Of a stretch of 64,000 nt of DNA, positions 25,701 to 38,300 are shown in pieces (within the stretch, counting starts at the first letter, position 1; every line of letters starts with the position of its first letter). The notes beneath the pieces are model-generated. The model searched no databases, had not been told where the DNA came from, and saw only the letters and a list, made by a program, of their open reading frames with translations. The stretch is from contig NC_092680.1 in assembly GCF_964355755.1 (NCBI RefSeq), positions 7,068,001 through 7,132,000 of the forward strand. The letters run 5' to 3'. Both the position numbers and the translations under genes were made by a program. The stretch comes from Antedon mediterranea (Eukaryota; Animalia; Echinodermata).

Positions 25701-26886
25701 GGATATTGCCATACTGTAATACCGTAGAAAAGAAATGTTAACTAAAACTAGAAATTAGTATAGTAACCAGGAAATATAATTGTTGATGTTTTCATTTAAG
25801 ATAATGGCAAAGTCAAAAAACCTTGATTGGAAAAAAGTGCGTCGTCTAGGTGATCTTCAGGTTTCATTAGAATGTTCTATTGAAGGAATGTTAGAACTTG
25901 TGGACAACACTTTCAAAAGGACTCCTTACAGCAAAGTTGAAGTATGTAAACTTCTTGATGTATCAGAACAAGAACTAAATGCATCTCTCAGTGACAACAC
26001 ATTGCATGGTAAATAATGACAGATTTTATTATTGTTCTGTTTCATTAAAGATATGCAAAATAACATGGGAATGAACTATAGCATTTCGATCCATTAAAGT
26101 AATTGAATATGGTTAGCATACTCTATGTGGCATCATTTGTATTCTGTATAACTAGAAACCTATAGGGGGACACCTTTGTGACCCAAAAAGTGTCTCTTTA
26201 ATATGGGTTTAATATGTGTTAAAACATACCTTGCTCCGTAAATAATTCACAGGAAAGTGTTCCATTAATGGTGGTGTACCAAGTTCTACTTATAGGTAAA
26301 TTAATTACACTAATTTGTTATCTATATTTTACAGTACAAGAGTTTAAACTTCATGATCGAGCTAAGCATGTATTTAGTGAAGCAAGTCGTGTTATTCAAT
26401 TTAAAAAGATCTGCAATGAAGCCCAAGATGGATGCCACAAGTTGCTAGGAGACCTTATGAATCAGAGTCATGCAAGTTGTAGAGATTTGTATGAATGCAG
26501 TTGCCCTGAACTAGATGAAGTGACTGAGGCTTGCAGGTAAAATATATGAATAAATATTGTATAAAATATAATATAAAATAGACTATAATAAAAGTCAGTT
26601 AAGTTGAAATATAAGTATATACTGACATAGAAAAAACACTGAAATATCCAATCGTTAAAATGGTATATGATTCTATTTTAGGCAGGCTGGTGCATTTGGT
26701 GCAAGACTAACAGGAGCTGGCTGGGGTGGATGTGCAGTTGCTATGGTCCAAACTAGTGATGTTCCAAATTTCATCCAATCAGTTCATTCCAAATTCTATT
26801 CAAAAGATGCAAAGCGTGAATCAAACATTGATGCTAAGCTTTTTGCAACTGTACCAGGAAGAGGGGCAGTAGTGTACAAAGCATGA
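22773..26886 (+). CDS. GALK2: N-acetylgalactosamine kinase (GHMP kinase), 9 coding exons
   Basis: [44 protein letters not shown]-like [41 protein letters not shown] and [12 protein letters not shown]; stop TGA 26884-26886. Confidence 0.93.
24047..24477. repeat. Local tandem duplication (~200-220 bp x2) in GALK2 intron 4
   Basis: The block gctactgctg...aaacatccagtttattttaaaataaatc occurs at ~24047-24265 and ~24282-24477. Confidence 0.85.
25057..25660 (+). repeat. 86-bp tandem array derived from the GALK2 exon 6/intron 6 junction
   Basis: Donor cag|GTAAGC repeated at 25088, 25174, 25260, 25346, 25432, 25518 and 25604. Confidence 0.92.
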
Positions 26887-27833
26887 ATATAATTGAACCA
26901 ATGATATTATTGTTATTACTGTACTAATTTTGTATTACTCACATCAGTCTATTAAAAAAAAATTAAGTACTTAATTTATAATGAAATTGTCTAGTACTTG
27001 AAAGATATTTAAAATAAATGAACAAAAAGCAATATATTATTACTGTACTACTGTATAATGAATTAAGTATTGAGTGCCTAATAATAAAATTATGCTAATA
27101 TATGCTAATGAGTCTTCCTGCAAATCATGCTTCATGTAAAGATTTATGATATACAAGAAAATGAATGATACAGTAGATGCTGGAAAAATGTGTGCTTGTT
27201 AACTTAAGTGTAACAGTGATTCGGTATTGGTAAATTTTACCATTTATACACCATTTGTATTTTTTTTTAAATTGAAAATGTAAATACAGTATTATAATTA
27301 TTATATACTAAACTAAACATTAAACAAAAATGATTATCAAAATCGACATCATAGACAAATAAATTTTCGTTTTCACTTATTAAAACATTGTGTGTTGTGT
27401 TCTTGAATTGTAAATGCACATATATCTCAGAATTCCATTATTTTATTAAGAGTTTCCTTCCAGAATCGATAAAATATCCCAAAATCACTTTTGAAACTCA
27501 TAAAAGATCGTCTTAGGAAGACTATGGGGATGGGTCCAGATAAAAAAAAAAGGGGGGGGGTGGGGGAGCGTAATTATAAGGCACGGACATTAGGCCGAGG
27601 CAAAAGGGTATATGCCTATTTTGCACCACCAACAACAAAAAACACCTTTGCCCACGACCGACCAATCCACCCACCACCACTGAACTAGTGTCAATATTTG
27701 CTCCCCAAGTTAAAGTCCGTTTCAACTGTTTTTATGATGATCGTTACACAATACGAACCCATCACACTATGTACACTCAAAACAAGTCGCAAGTATTTTC
27801 CTAGGTACGGTCGTATAATTTGCAACAAATGCC

Positions 27834-30800
27834 ATGTTTGTGACGAAAATAGATTTGTTGTTTTTTTGCCGATTCTTGGTAATAGTTGGTTCCTGTATTT
27901 CTTCATCAAATGGTAAGTAAACGCCTTTATTTTCGTCTGTCGTACCTTTGAACAATCATTGTAGGCCTATACAATCTGACAACCTTATAATAAGATAGGC
28001 ATCGCATCTATTCAAGGCACATCAAAGCCAAAAACATAAGATACAAGGCGCCCGAATGATCAGCTGTCACACGCCGACAGGATCATCAGAAAAACCTACC
28101 CGTACCCACTCTAAAAAAACGAAAAAAAATCTTCTGATGACCAGAAATTATATACAGAAAAAATATACGAGGTGACCAATGTGTATTTTTTGATAAAGCA
28201 GCAGTACTACAAGATCCTACCCGTCAGGAATTTAAAACAAATTAATTATTAGTTTATACGTTTAAAACAGTGGTTTTTAACCGATCTATATTTATTTTAC
28301 TACAGGAGATAACAGGCAAATATTCAACGAATGGCTTGAAAAGGTCTGTATTAATTTAGTAACCATTCGTTTCCACGCCACGAATTTATTTATGGAATCA
28401 AATGGAGGAATCTTTAACATGCAATTTATTTTGCATTCATTTTTTTTCGCAGACGAACAAACAATACGATACATCTGAAGAATATGCAAGACGTCTAAAA
28501 GTATTTGAAAACAATTTCGAAATAATAGAGAAGCAAAACAAACAGAATGAAACATATAAATGTAATTGAAAATGTTTATGTTTTTTTTTATCTCGCTTGG
28601 CTGCCTTTTGTATGATTTTAATTGTTGAATGAATAAATATACAGTGCCTTATACCTATAATTATTTCAACCCACTATTTCAATTTTAATCGTGTTATGAT
28701 ATGGAAGTTATTTCAAGATAAAGTTGATCAATAAATAACCTTGATAGCTGATCAATTCAACCTGAATGTTAAACTGCATGGTTTCAGAAAATGAATAAGT
28801 TAATGTTGGTGAACATTTTTCACTGTTTTCAATTAATTTTCAGTGGGATTAACCTCTTTTGCTGACATGAATTTTGAAGAATTTTCCAAATTATATCTCA
28901 TGAGTGTCCCATTGGTAATGTACACTATTATTTAATCGAATATATCATTTTTCTGAATGTTGTTTTTTTTTCAGTGAAGTTAAAGTTTGCAAACGAATTT
29001 GTTTCAAATATGTCTTCCAACATTTTCATATTCAGTTGATTTCTTTTTATCACTATATGCTAAGAAATAAATTAATTGTTTCTATTCCTAGGATTGTTAC
29101 TTCAAGAAAGGCAATCACCCGCGTCGTAAAGGCCCATTTCCAAAATCAAACGACTGGAAGGATTACCCGTTTCCAGTTGTTACTGAAGTATTCGACCAGG
29201 TATTAGTGTTACTCCAACCATGCTTCAATTTAACATTCCATTCTCAAAGTTGAATCGCCCCACAAACATTGGAGGCTAAGCTATAGTCAAACCATCATTG
29301 TTTGGCTTATTCATATAAATTATAGAAACTGTGTCGTTTTGTTTGTCGCATGACGTTCAAAGATTTGCCATTAGGTCTACTTGTTTTGTTTCCTTTCAGG
29401 GAACTACATGTACATCTGGATGGGCCTTTGCTTCTGCTGATTCGTTAGCTAGTGCAACAGCTATTCTGTTCGACACACTGTTTCCACTTTCTGCACAACA
29501 GCTTATTGACTGCTCTTCTGGATTCGAAAACTATGGATGTTCTGGGTGAGAAATCAGGAATAAAATTAATGCCCTATTATGTTGGCGATCCATGTTGTAA
29601 TATTCATACTTGTGGCTTTGGCATTGTTGGAAAGAGGTACATAGTCTGTAATAAACAAGGCCAACAGCCATAAGTCGCGTGCTAAAACGCATAGTGATAC
29701 CGGACCGACAGACAGACAGACCGACAGACCGACAAACCGACATAGTGAACTATAGAGTCGCGTCCACGCGACTAAAAATGAAACGTTTTTCCAGTCATTT
29801 GGCTAATTGTCATGCACAGTTAGCACCTACACGGCCTCCATGCATACTGTTTTGACTTTTACATTTCTGAAGTAGGCCTACTGCATACAGATGGTCAAAT
29901 GTAACGACTGTGTTCTATTTTATCATATTTTGTTTGGTCTAACTAGACTATTACAGTGCCTACTGCTTAACTTGAGTTTGATTATTGTTTTTGTTAGAGG
30001 ATTAGCATCGAACGGCCTAGAATACATTTATTACCACGAAGGCATCGCCCAAGCTAAGGATTATCCATATACAGGAAAGGTAATATTGGCGTAACTTTTG
30101 TAGAAAATGTTTTAAAAGTTCCCAAACTCATTTGAAGAATTTAACAATACGACACAAAAACAAGCGATGTGTTTATTTCTAGTATTTGATTAAATTGTTA
30201 TTTTCTTCAGAACGGTACTACTTGTAGCATTAACAGCACACACACAATCGCTTATGTCGCAACAGTTATAAATGTCACAGCGGTAAGTTAAAACTATATG
30301 ACTCAAAAGAAACTTTGCTTTATTGTATGTTCAAAGGCACAGATTATTTTCAATAATAACGAGATCAATATTTAAACCTCAACAATTATGTAGAGCGTTT
30401 TAAGCAATTTTACTATAATAACACACCATTTTCTAAGGGTTCCGAAATAGATATGATTGACGTTGCAGCTAACGACGGTCCAATGGCTGTTGGCTTCCAC
30501 GTACCTGACAATTTCCACTTGTACAAAAGTGGTGTTTACCAAAAGTTTGTATCGTATCAATTTATTCTTCTGACCCCTTCTTCTAACGTTATACACTTTG
30601 ACTCGTCAAATCTGGACATCTCTTCCACTTTTTCCATGGCCTATGATCGTATTGAATTCTGACGATATGGAAAAGCCAATTATTATGTGGTATCATGTCT
30701 GGGGCGATGACAAAGCAGCTAGCTTTCAATACCGTATATTATCATTGAAGACAGTGAACCATCTGCAATATAACGTGCCTACTGAAGGCTGAGTCAGCTA

Positions 30801-31209
30801 AATTGTTAACCTGTAGGCCTATTAACATTAATCTTCATAGCCGGGATTAGGACAAATTGTCTCAATGAAAAGTAATAGGCCTAAAGCAATTAATTTTTTT
30901 TTCTCAGTGACTCCTGTTCAACTAGTGGATCTGAAGTGACTCATTTTGCTTTGATAACCGGATATGGCATCACTGGAGATAATGTGCGCTACTGGATAGT
31001 GAAAAACTCTTGGGGAAAACTTTGGGGAATAGAAGGGTACGTTCTATTCAATGTTTCTATGTCTCATTAATAAAAAAAAAATCGATTTTTCTGAATTTCG
31101 GATGTAACGATATTTTTCTTTCGCTTACAGATACTTTTGGATAGAATTGAGCAAAAATGTATGTGGAATAATGAACTGCCCAACGTATCCTGTGGTTCAT
31201 GATTTATAG
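27834..31209 (+). CDS. Papain-family (C1A) pro-cathepsin-H-like protein with catalytic Cys replaced by Gly, 11 coding exons
   Basis: Signal peptide exon 27834-27912; I29 prodomain (EEYARRLKVFENNFEII..N; GLTSFADMNFEEF); mature domain DW..VVTEVFDQ|GTTCTSGWAF, LSAQQLIDCS, GCSGGLASNGLEYI, YKSGVYQ, VTHFALITGYG, YWIVKNSWG and NVCGI; stop TAG 31207-31209. Confidence 0.88.
29653..29778 (-). mobile_element. HINE/DINE-1-like (Helentron-associated) short element
   Basis: Hairpin agtcgcgtccacgcgact, a second agtcgcgtg subterminal copy, a (gaca/gacc)n microsatellite core and A/T-run flanks. Confidence 0.6.
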
Positions 31210-31863
31210 AAATCAGAAAGACTAAACAGATACATTTGATATCGTTTTTAACGTTACATCCTTTCATTGCTAAAGTAGGCCTTCCAATGTATTTTCTTTA
31301 AGTGTTATTCCGTCTGATTATTTTTCTCAATAGTGCCTTCTATTTTACGTTTTTTTGTCTTACGCATTAATAACAGTTTCCATCGTGTCTTATCAAAATA
31401 ATAAACGTAAATTCATACTGCAGGAATGCATTACAACTTTATTTCAATTCTATAAATTGCAACTAACTTATTGCACAATTTCCCAAATGCACAGCATGGT
31501 AAAACAGAGATTTCAAATGCACATTTTAATGATGTTTATCATTACCATAGCAACAACCATTATATGGATATATCGAGTATAATTTTGAAAAACCAAAGGA
31601 GGTTTACATTTGAGATCAACGAATATAATGAATACATACTACACACAATTATGCAACATTTACTTCATAGGCCTATATTAAGTACATTGCACGTTGATAT
31701 AAATAATGATATTTAAAAGTCTGTTGATATAAATAATGATATTTAAAAGTACTTTAGAGAACAAATTAGGATTTGCCACAACATTATTCATTTACTAGAT
31801 TCAAGATAATTATTATCACACATCCTTAACACAGACCTGAATGCGATACTAATCTTCCTTTAA

Positions 31864-33795
31864 TTAATGCATAGATATGAATCTATCTAAAACAGGGGTT
31901 ACTAATCCCTTATATGGTATTGAATGTTGTCTAATAACCGTTGCGGCTAAACACTGCAATGTGGTCATTTCGATGTCAGACCAATTCCAATGGGTACCTT
32001 TGACCAGATCTCTTGCCGTCTTTGACTGACTGTTTCGAATATCGTAATGAGCGCCATTTTTAAGGAGTAACTTTATTATATCATTCCATATGGTTCTATC
32101 AGTGTCAGCATCTGGTGCTATGACATGCAACGGAGAAGATCGATTGATGTCAGTGGCGTTGACGTCTGCCCCACAAAATAAGAGTATCTTAACCACACGG
32201 ATGTCAGGAAACTTTCTGACGTCATATTTGCCGATCTTACTTGCTGTTTTATCAACTGCTATGTGCAACAATGAGCGAGCGTCCTTTGCCATGGGATTTA
32301 GTTGAACAAGTTCGTAGACAAGTTTCCTGAGGTAAGTCATTTCGTCTGAATCTTGTCCCACATTTATTGCCTCAACTAGGCTCAATGCGATCGAGATTTG
32401 ATGGAGAAATATTACTGGCAGACTGTTGAACACCGCCATTTGATATTTCTTTGGAGGGCCAATAAATTGAAGGCATCTTTTTATCTCTGTCACACAACAT
32501 TGGATTACCAGTGACACTTGACTAAAAGTTGGAAATGCACAGACATTGCTTTCATCACGGATTTCATTAAAGACGCGAGCAAACCACAAAAGCATATCGC
32601 TCGTGTGGGAGTAGAACAGACGATCAGACGTCAATAAGTTAGTTAACGCTTGAATCCAAAGATCGTAGGCTTCTTGAAAACGTCCGGAATCGGCTAATGC
32701 TGCCCCGCGATACCGTAACCCGTTAACGGTTCCAGGATGAATTGGGCCTAAGATCTTTTCAAAAATATCAAGGGCTTCTGAATACGCTTTATTCTCATCA
32801 CGCAATGTGTTCTCTAAATCTGTTACTGAAACCATTTTATTCATGTTTTCGTTTACTCTCATCGTCAGAGCACGACGCCAATAAGCTCCCGCTTTTTCCG
32901 TATCGTTCGTTCGGCAAAGGACTGAAGCACCAAGGAGTTCAAGTGCTTCAATGGCGCCAAGCTTCGAGCATTCTGGACGAGATATAAAATATTCAACAAT
33001 TGTATGCCGTCTTTCGGCTGCCGCTGTCATCAGGGGAGACAGTCCTTTTTCACCAATCTCAAATTTTGCTTTGTATTTAAGAAAAAGCTTCACTGTATTT
33101 AAATCGTTTTGTTCGGCGACATACGTTAATGGGGTAAAGCTGCGGATATTTATAGAATTGGTATCTGCGCCGTATTTCAACAAGAGTTTGGCAATTTCGA
33201 TATTCTTCGCATCAGCCGCGAATTCTAGAGCCGTTTCATCTCGAACTGTTCGTCGGTTTACCTGTGCCCCTATTTTCAGCAAATATTTCACTACGTCGAT
33301 GTGACCTTTATAGCTAGCTATCATTAGACATGTAGTGCCATATCGTGTACTTATTTCAATATCTCCTTTATGCTTCACCAAATATTTCATAACGTCTAAA
33401 AATCCCCCGTGGCTACTAGCACGTAGTGGGGAAGAACATGTAATCGTCCCGTTGTTGACATTCGCGCCGCGTTTTATTAGCGTGTCGACAACCGGAAGAC
33501 TTCCTAAAACTGCCGCACACCAGAGTGGTGGTGCACCGTCGACATGTTCGTCATTTACAACAACGTTGCCTGCTTTCTCTATGTCAACACCACATGAGTC
33601 CAGAAGATAGCATATTATGTTTACGTGGAGGCCCATACACGCACTGATTAGCGGCGTGGTGTGGCATACCAACGTATTGGTAAGTTGGAAGATTTCCTCT
33701 CTGCTACGACCTGAAAGTTTCTCTTGCAAGATTTGTAAATTTCCATTAGAGCATGCGTGAAGGATTTCTAGTCTAACTTCTGATCCTTCTGTCAT
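31864..33795 (-). CDS. Divergent fem-1 homolog (ankyrin/TPR CRL2 substrate adaptor), single coding exon
   Basis: 643-aa ORF with N-terminal ankyrins (GAPPLWCAA, SSPLRA, GTTCLMIASYKGH), IEALELLGA, ILGPIHP..LRYRGAALADSG, C-terminal ankyrins and a VHL/BC-box TTLQCLAATVI. An acceptor site just upstream of the ATG (~33808) implies a 5'UTR intron. Confidence 0.9.
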   Translation of the reverse strand: MTEGSEVRLEILHACSNGNLQILQEKLSGRSREEIFQLTNTLVCHTTPLISACMGLHVNIICYLLDSCGVDIEKAGNVVVNDEHVDGAPPLWCAAVLGSLPVVDTLIKRGANVNNGTITCSSPLRASSHGGFLDVMKYLVKHKGDIEISTRYGTTCLMIASYKGHIDVVKYLLKIGAQVNRRTVRDETALEFAADAKNIEIAKLLLKYGADTNSINIRSFTPLTYVAEQNDLNTVKLFLKYKAKFEIGEKGLSPLMTAAAERRHTIVEYFISRPECSKLGAIEALELLGASVLCRTNDTEKAGAYWRRALTMRVNENMNKMVSVTDLENTLRDENKAYSEALDIFEKILGPIHPGTVNGLRYRGAALADSGRFQEAYDLWIQALTNLLTSDRLFYSHTSDMLLWFARVFNEIRDESNVCAFPTFSQVSLVIQCCVTEIKRCLQFIGPPKKYQMAVFNSLPVIFLHQISIALSLVEAINVGQDSDEMTYLRKLVYELVQLNPMAKDARSLLHIAVDKTASKIGKYDVRKFPDIRVVKILLFCGADVNATDINRSSPLHVIAPDADTDRTIWNDIIKLLLKNGAHYDIRNSQSKTARDLVKGTHWNWSDIEMTTLQCLAATVIRQHSIPYKGLVTPVLDRFISMH

Positions 33796-35302
33796 TGTGG
33801 AAATGTCTGAAAAAAATAACTACCGGTAAATAATACGTGTACGGTAAGTTACCATACAGTAGGCCTACTAAAATTTACATTTTTGTTTTCTTCAAAGCGT
33901 TCTAAAATGACTCGAATTGATAAATCAAAATTTACCGAGGTGATACAGTTCTTTCTTCAATATAATTTTTCTGTTCACTCTTTACATGTTTATTCATTGG
34001 ACACGGGTGGTCTTTGGTGGTGGATAGCATGGCATAAGCAAACAAATTAAGTGGCCCGGAGATTGGGATGTTGTCCGTAAATATAATTAGGTTCTAGTTA
34101 AATTTGTAAGTGCAGTATTTCAAAATGTGAAGGAGAGCCTCTCGACTGTAGGCTAATTATTTCTTCCAATAGGTAATAATCTCGCTTCATTGTTTATAAT
34201 GCTTGTCTGAGGAAATAAGTGATATATTTATGAAATGTCACCATACCAGTCGAGTTGACTAAAATGCGCATGCGTATTCAAATTACTTTTTGTGAAGCGC
34301 AAAAATGTGCAACCAATCACAACTCAGGAATGTCCGATTCGCGTGATATTTATTAATATATAACAGCATTTTGACAGTTATGCCTATAGTATATACGTAT
34401 TAGCTTTTTTATCAACTAAAATGATGATACCAGACAGTATCCCATCATTTCATATTTTGCTACGTTGGTTATTAATATTATGAACCAAAGGGCGATTTGA
34501 CTCTAGAAGCTCTCGCATGGAGTCTGCCTTGTTTGTATGTATGAGTCTTGTATTTATCACGTTAGGCCTAAATAGTGTACTTACCCAAACATAATGGACT
34601 ACTGTATACTATAACAGGAATTACAACGCACTGAATATAAACACACTGAACGATTATTCGTGTTTACACCTGTCTATTACTACACTTACTACTCTAGGAA
34701 TTGTGGAGGTGAACCTATTATTATCCTGATCACGACGATATCAACAAAGATTAGATCACCGCGTACAAAGATCGATATCTCATCGTTTTGTGTGACGTAT
34801 GTAAGTATGAACTTAGACCTATGACGTCATATGCTAGGCAACTGACAACAACCTTCTCGACTCGTCATTTTCTTCGATGATCCTTTCACAAACCACAGCT
34901 AGGCCTAGCAAACAAGGATGATTTGACAATGTAGTCGTGTCCGAAAATCTTGGTAAATGTTCATTTTCTAGTCAAATATTGGCTTGGCTGTCTTTTTAAT
35001 AGTATTAGCCATCTCATACAATTAAAAGTTGAAATACAATGAATGTCAATGGAATGGGAATGACAATCAAAACCTAGCCTCTAGCTACTAGGTAGGTAGG
35101 CCTACTAGGCTAGGTAGGCTAGTTCTTCTGTTATGTTAGGTGTAGCCTAGGACTAGTTAGTTAGTATGCCTAGCTGCTAGCTAGGGTGTACAGGATGGGA
35201 CAGGGAGAATCCTAGTGATAGGCCTAATTAGCCCTAGACTAGGCCTAGGCTAGTATTAGTAATATAATAATAATAATTTTTCTTTAATTTAAAGATTTAA
35301 AA

Positions 35303-38300
35303 ATGGCCACTCTTCAAAAACCAAAACAGCGACGCAACAAGAAAATTAAACCCCAAGAAGAGGAAAGTGAGCGACCAGCTTCATCATTATCACAAGGTAC
35401 TGTACAATGGAATTTTAATATATAAATGCATAGAGATACTGTAATACAGTATCTCTATATGATAAATGTTACTTGATCTTTCTTTCAATGTTTTGTTTTG
35501 TAAGCATTTTGTTACATATTATATTACATGGATTACATATACAAGACTTAACAGAAATTGAGAGTTACTTTTCAGTTTTTGAATAAAGTTGCTATATATA
35601 TAATTATATATTGCCGTGGCTAAAGATACGGTACCGTATTCTAACTTTGGTTTACTAATTAAAGGTACGGTAAAATTGCACTACGTCATAAGTACGTGTG
35701 TGACGTCATCGTGTAAGAACTTTGGATTTTTTTTCATATCGTGTCTGTAGAGAATGCCTATCGGCGGCGCCAGGCTGCATGGATGTGTGTGCGCTGATGA
35801 GAGTTTTATTTTTATTCCAAATGGCCTATTTTGGGCTATATTTTTAATTAAATTTTGTTTACAGATGGTGACCATAAACAACAAGCAAATGCGGAAAATA
35901 AAGGGGCCCTCAAATACTATGATTTAGACAGTAGCTGAGTCACAGAAATCACTGCACACATGCAGCTTGCCCAGCCTGGCACCGCTTTCCCTACACAAAC
36001 AAACTCATATAATGAGGTTATAGTACGTCACGTGTAAGTAGGCCTACGCCTCTTTTGAAACGGTTTTCTGTATTCTAGAATTAAAATCAACAGTTTGTCC
36101 GTGATGAGTTTGTTCGTGTTGTTTTCCTGTGTAAAAACAAAAAGCAAGAAGAAGTAATACACAATGAAATCAATATTACTGTATTATGCTGCTGTCGCGT
36201 CATTGTTTCCCCACCATACCGTAGATATTGTCGTATTATTGTCTCTGGCCGAAATTGTCTGTGGCCGAAGTTGGCCTAATCCTATTTTAACATACGCTGG
36301 ATTTAGTGTACAGTAGTACTAGGCCTAGTTACATTTTCTAAATCCTGGATCAGAGCTGTAGACGAGCAGTGTTCCAAGATGTCAGTAGATAGTGTTATAA
36401 TTTGCGAAATTAAACTAGTGAAAAAATGGAATCCAAACTAAAGGTAAAGGTACAGTAATTGCAGCATTAAATGTGTACAGACATTGATAATAGACATTTA
36501 AATAAATATTTTTAGGATGGGTAGGTGATGAGGGAAGTGATTCACCAAAGCCTTCTCTGCAACCTTCAACAGCAGCTTTGGTGCCTTCACCACAACCATC
36601 AATAGCTGGTGAAGATGCACCAATAAAGAATGCTGGAAGCTTTGTATCTGTTAAAGAAGCTGCAGATCAAGACAAATCAATGAATGTTGATCAAATTGAG
36701 GTAATTTTTATAAATACCTGTAGAGAGTAAAGATTTCTCCTTTATTCACATACCTGGCATAAGATACTGTATGTCTCCTTTCTTTTTGGCTGTTTTACTT
36801 AATTGTTTTTATTTAGCTTTTTGCTTATTTTATTTATATCTTCATTGAGATACTGCCATTCATGATACCCAATTATTTTTTAGTAATTTGCCTTTTGATT
36901 GAAAAAATGTTGAAAAGTGCCTTGCTTGGCACAAGAAAATGAAAAAAAAGTACAAAATTATTATTTTTACAGGATGAACTCGAACACTTGAAAGAAGATG
37001 ATCAACCAATTGCAGAATCAAATTGCTCATTGCTGTCTGTAAACGGCAACAAGAGCACTGAACCAAATGAAAGACCAGCATCAGCTACTAGTGGCAAGTA
37101 CAGTGTAGATGGTAGCAAGAAGATTCCTTCCAATGTCATTGTACCATATGATGGAGAGATTATCACGCCTAAACGAGAATCTAACGAAGGTATAAGATAA
37201 TTGATATTCTGAATTGTACAAAAAATGTTTTAATTCAATTTTAATTTTGTTATTGATTGCCATGTAAACTTCAAAATGATGTTTATTGTTTTTCAATCTA
37301 TCTAGTTAACAATGGACATGTGTATTTATTTATTTATTTGATTTGACAACAGGTAGCTGGTGAATAACAAACAAAATACTCTAATACCACCTTGTGGTAA
37401 TGAAGACAAAGATGAAAACAAAATATCGAAAAACCAGAATGCCTTGTTATTAAAATGTTTGTGAATTATTTAAATTGTTATCATTAAAAAAAGCCATTTT
37501 TATTGTCTATAGCTTGGAGTGATTCAAGTATGGTTGATCTAAAGAAAAGGCCTCAAACTGCAGACAGCAAACCCAATTTGAGGACACGCAGCCCTGGACA
37601 AGGTACTCACACAGGCAGTGTTCCGAGCATGCATACTGTTATTAGTATTGAAGAAGCCAAACCAGAACATAGAATTGATGATATTGGGCCTGAGACTAGT
37701 GTTAATGCTCTGATGCAAGAAAGAAATCAAGATGACAATAAAAGTCTTGTTTCAACAACATCTATTGTACGAATACCACCCCCACAGTTAGAAAAGGAAC
37801 AGCAGGCATATGTTCCATTTTTGTATGCTCGAGATTCATTAGAGAAGGTAAGAATATAATAATAATATCTGTTTCATTAATACATTACATATAAAATAAT
37901 AATAATAATGTCTAATGTTCTATATTGTTTTATTAGGTAATGAGAGATATGAAAAGGATGAAAATGAACCATATTAAAATAGTCTCTGACATCCAGGATG
38001 CCTACCGTGCAATAGAGAATGAAACACAGGTATTACTCATTTATTTATCTCTTTGCGTACTGTACATAAAGAGTACAGGAAAAAATTAAGGCATATAGGA
38101 AATATTCTTCAAACAAATGTGTTCTAGTTACACCATCAACTCTTCCATAACCAAAAATATAAAAAAAATGAAACAGAAATGTATTTATTATTTTTGTATC
38201 ATCCACAGGCACAGTTTAATGTATTTGTCATTGGACTTCGTACAGATTATCGTGGAAAAGTAAAAACCTTTCGGCAAGTGGTCGAGGTTCACCGTGAAGA

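Noticed and set aside
32090-33610. Plus-strand ORFs within fem-1
   Set aside because: Antisense shadows of the 643-aa CDS.
36378-36445. Alternative first coding exon of the kinesin (ATG..aag|gtaaag)
   Set aside because: No open frame is phase-compatible with the next exon; it could only be non-coding.
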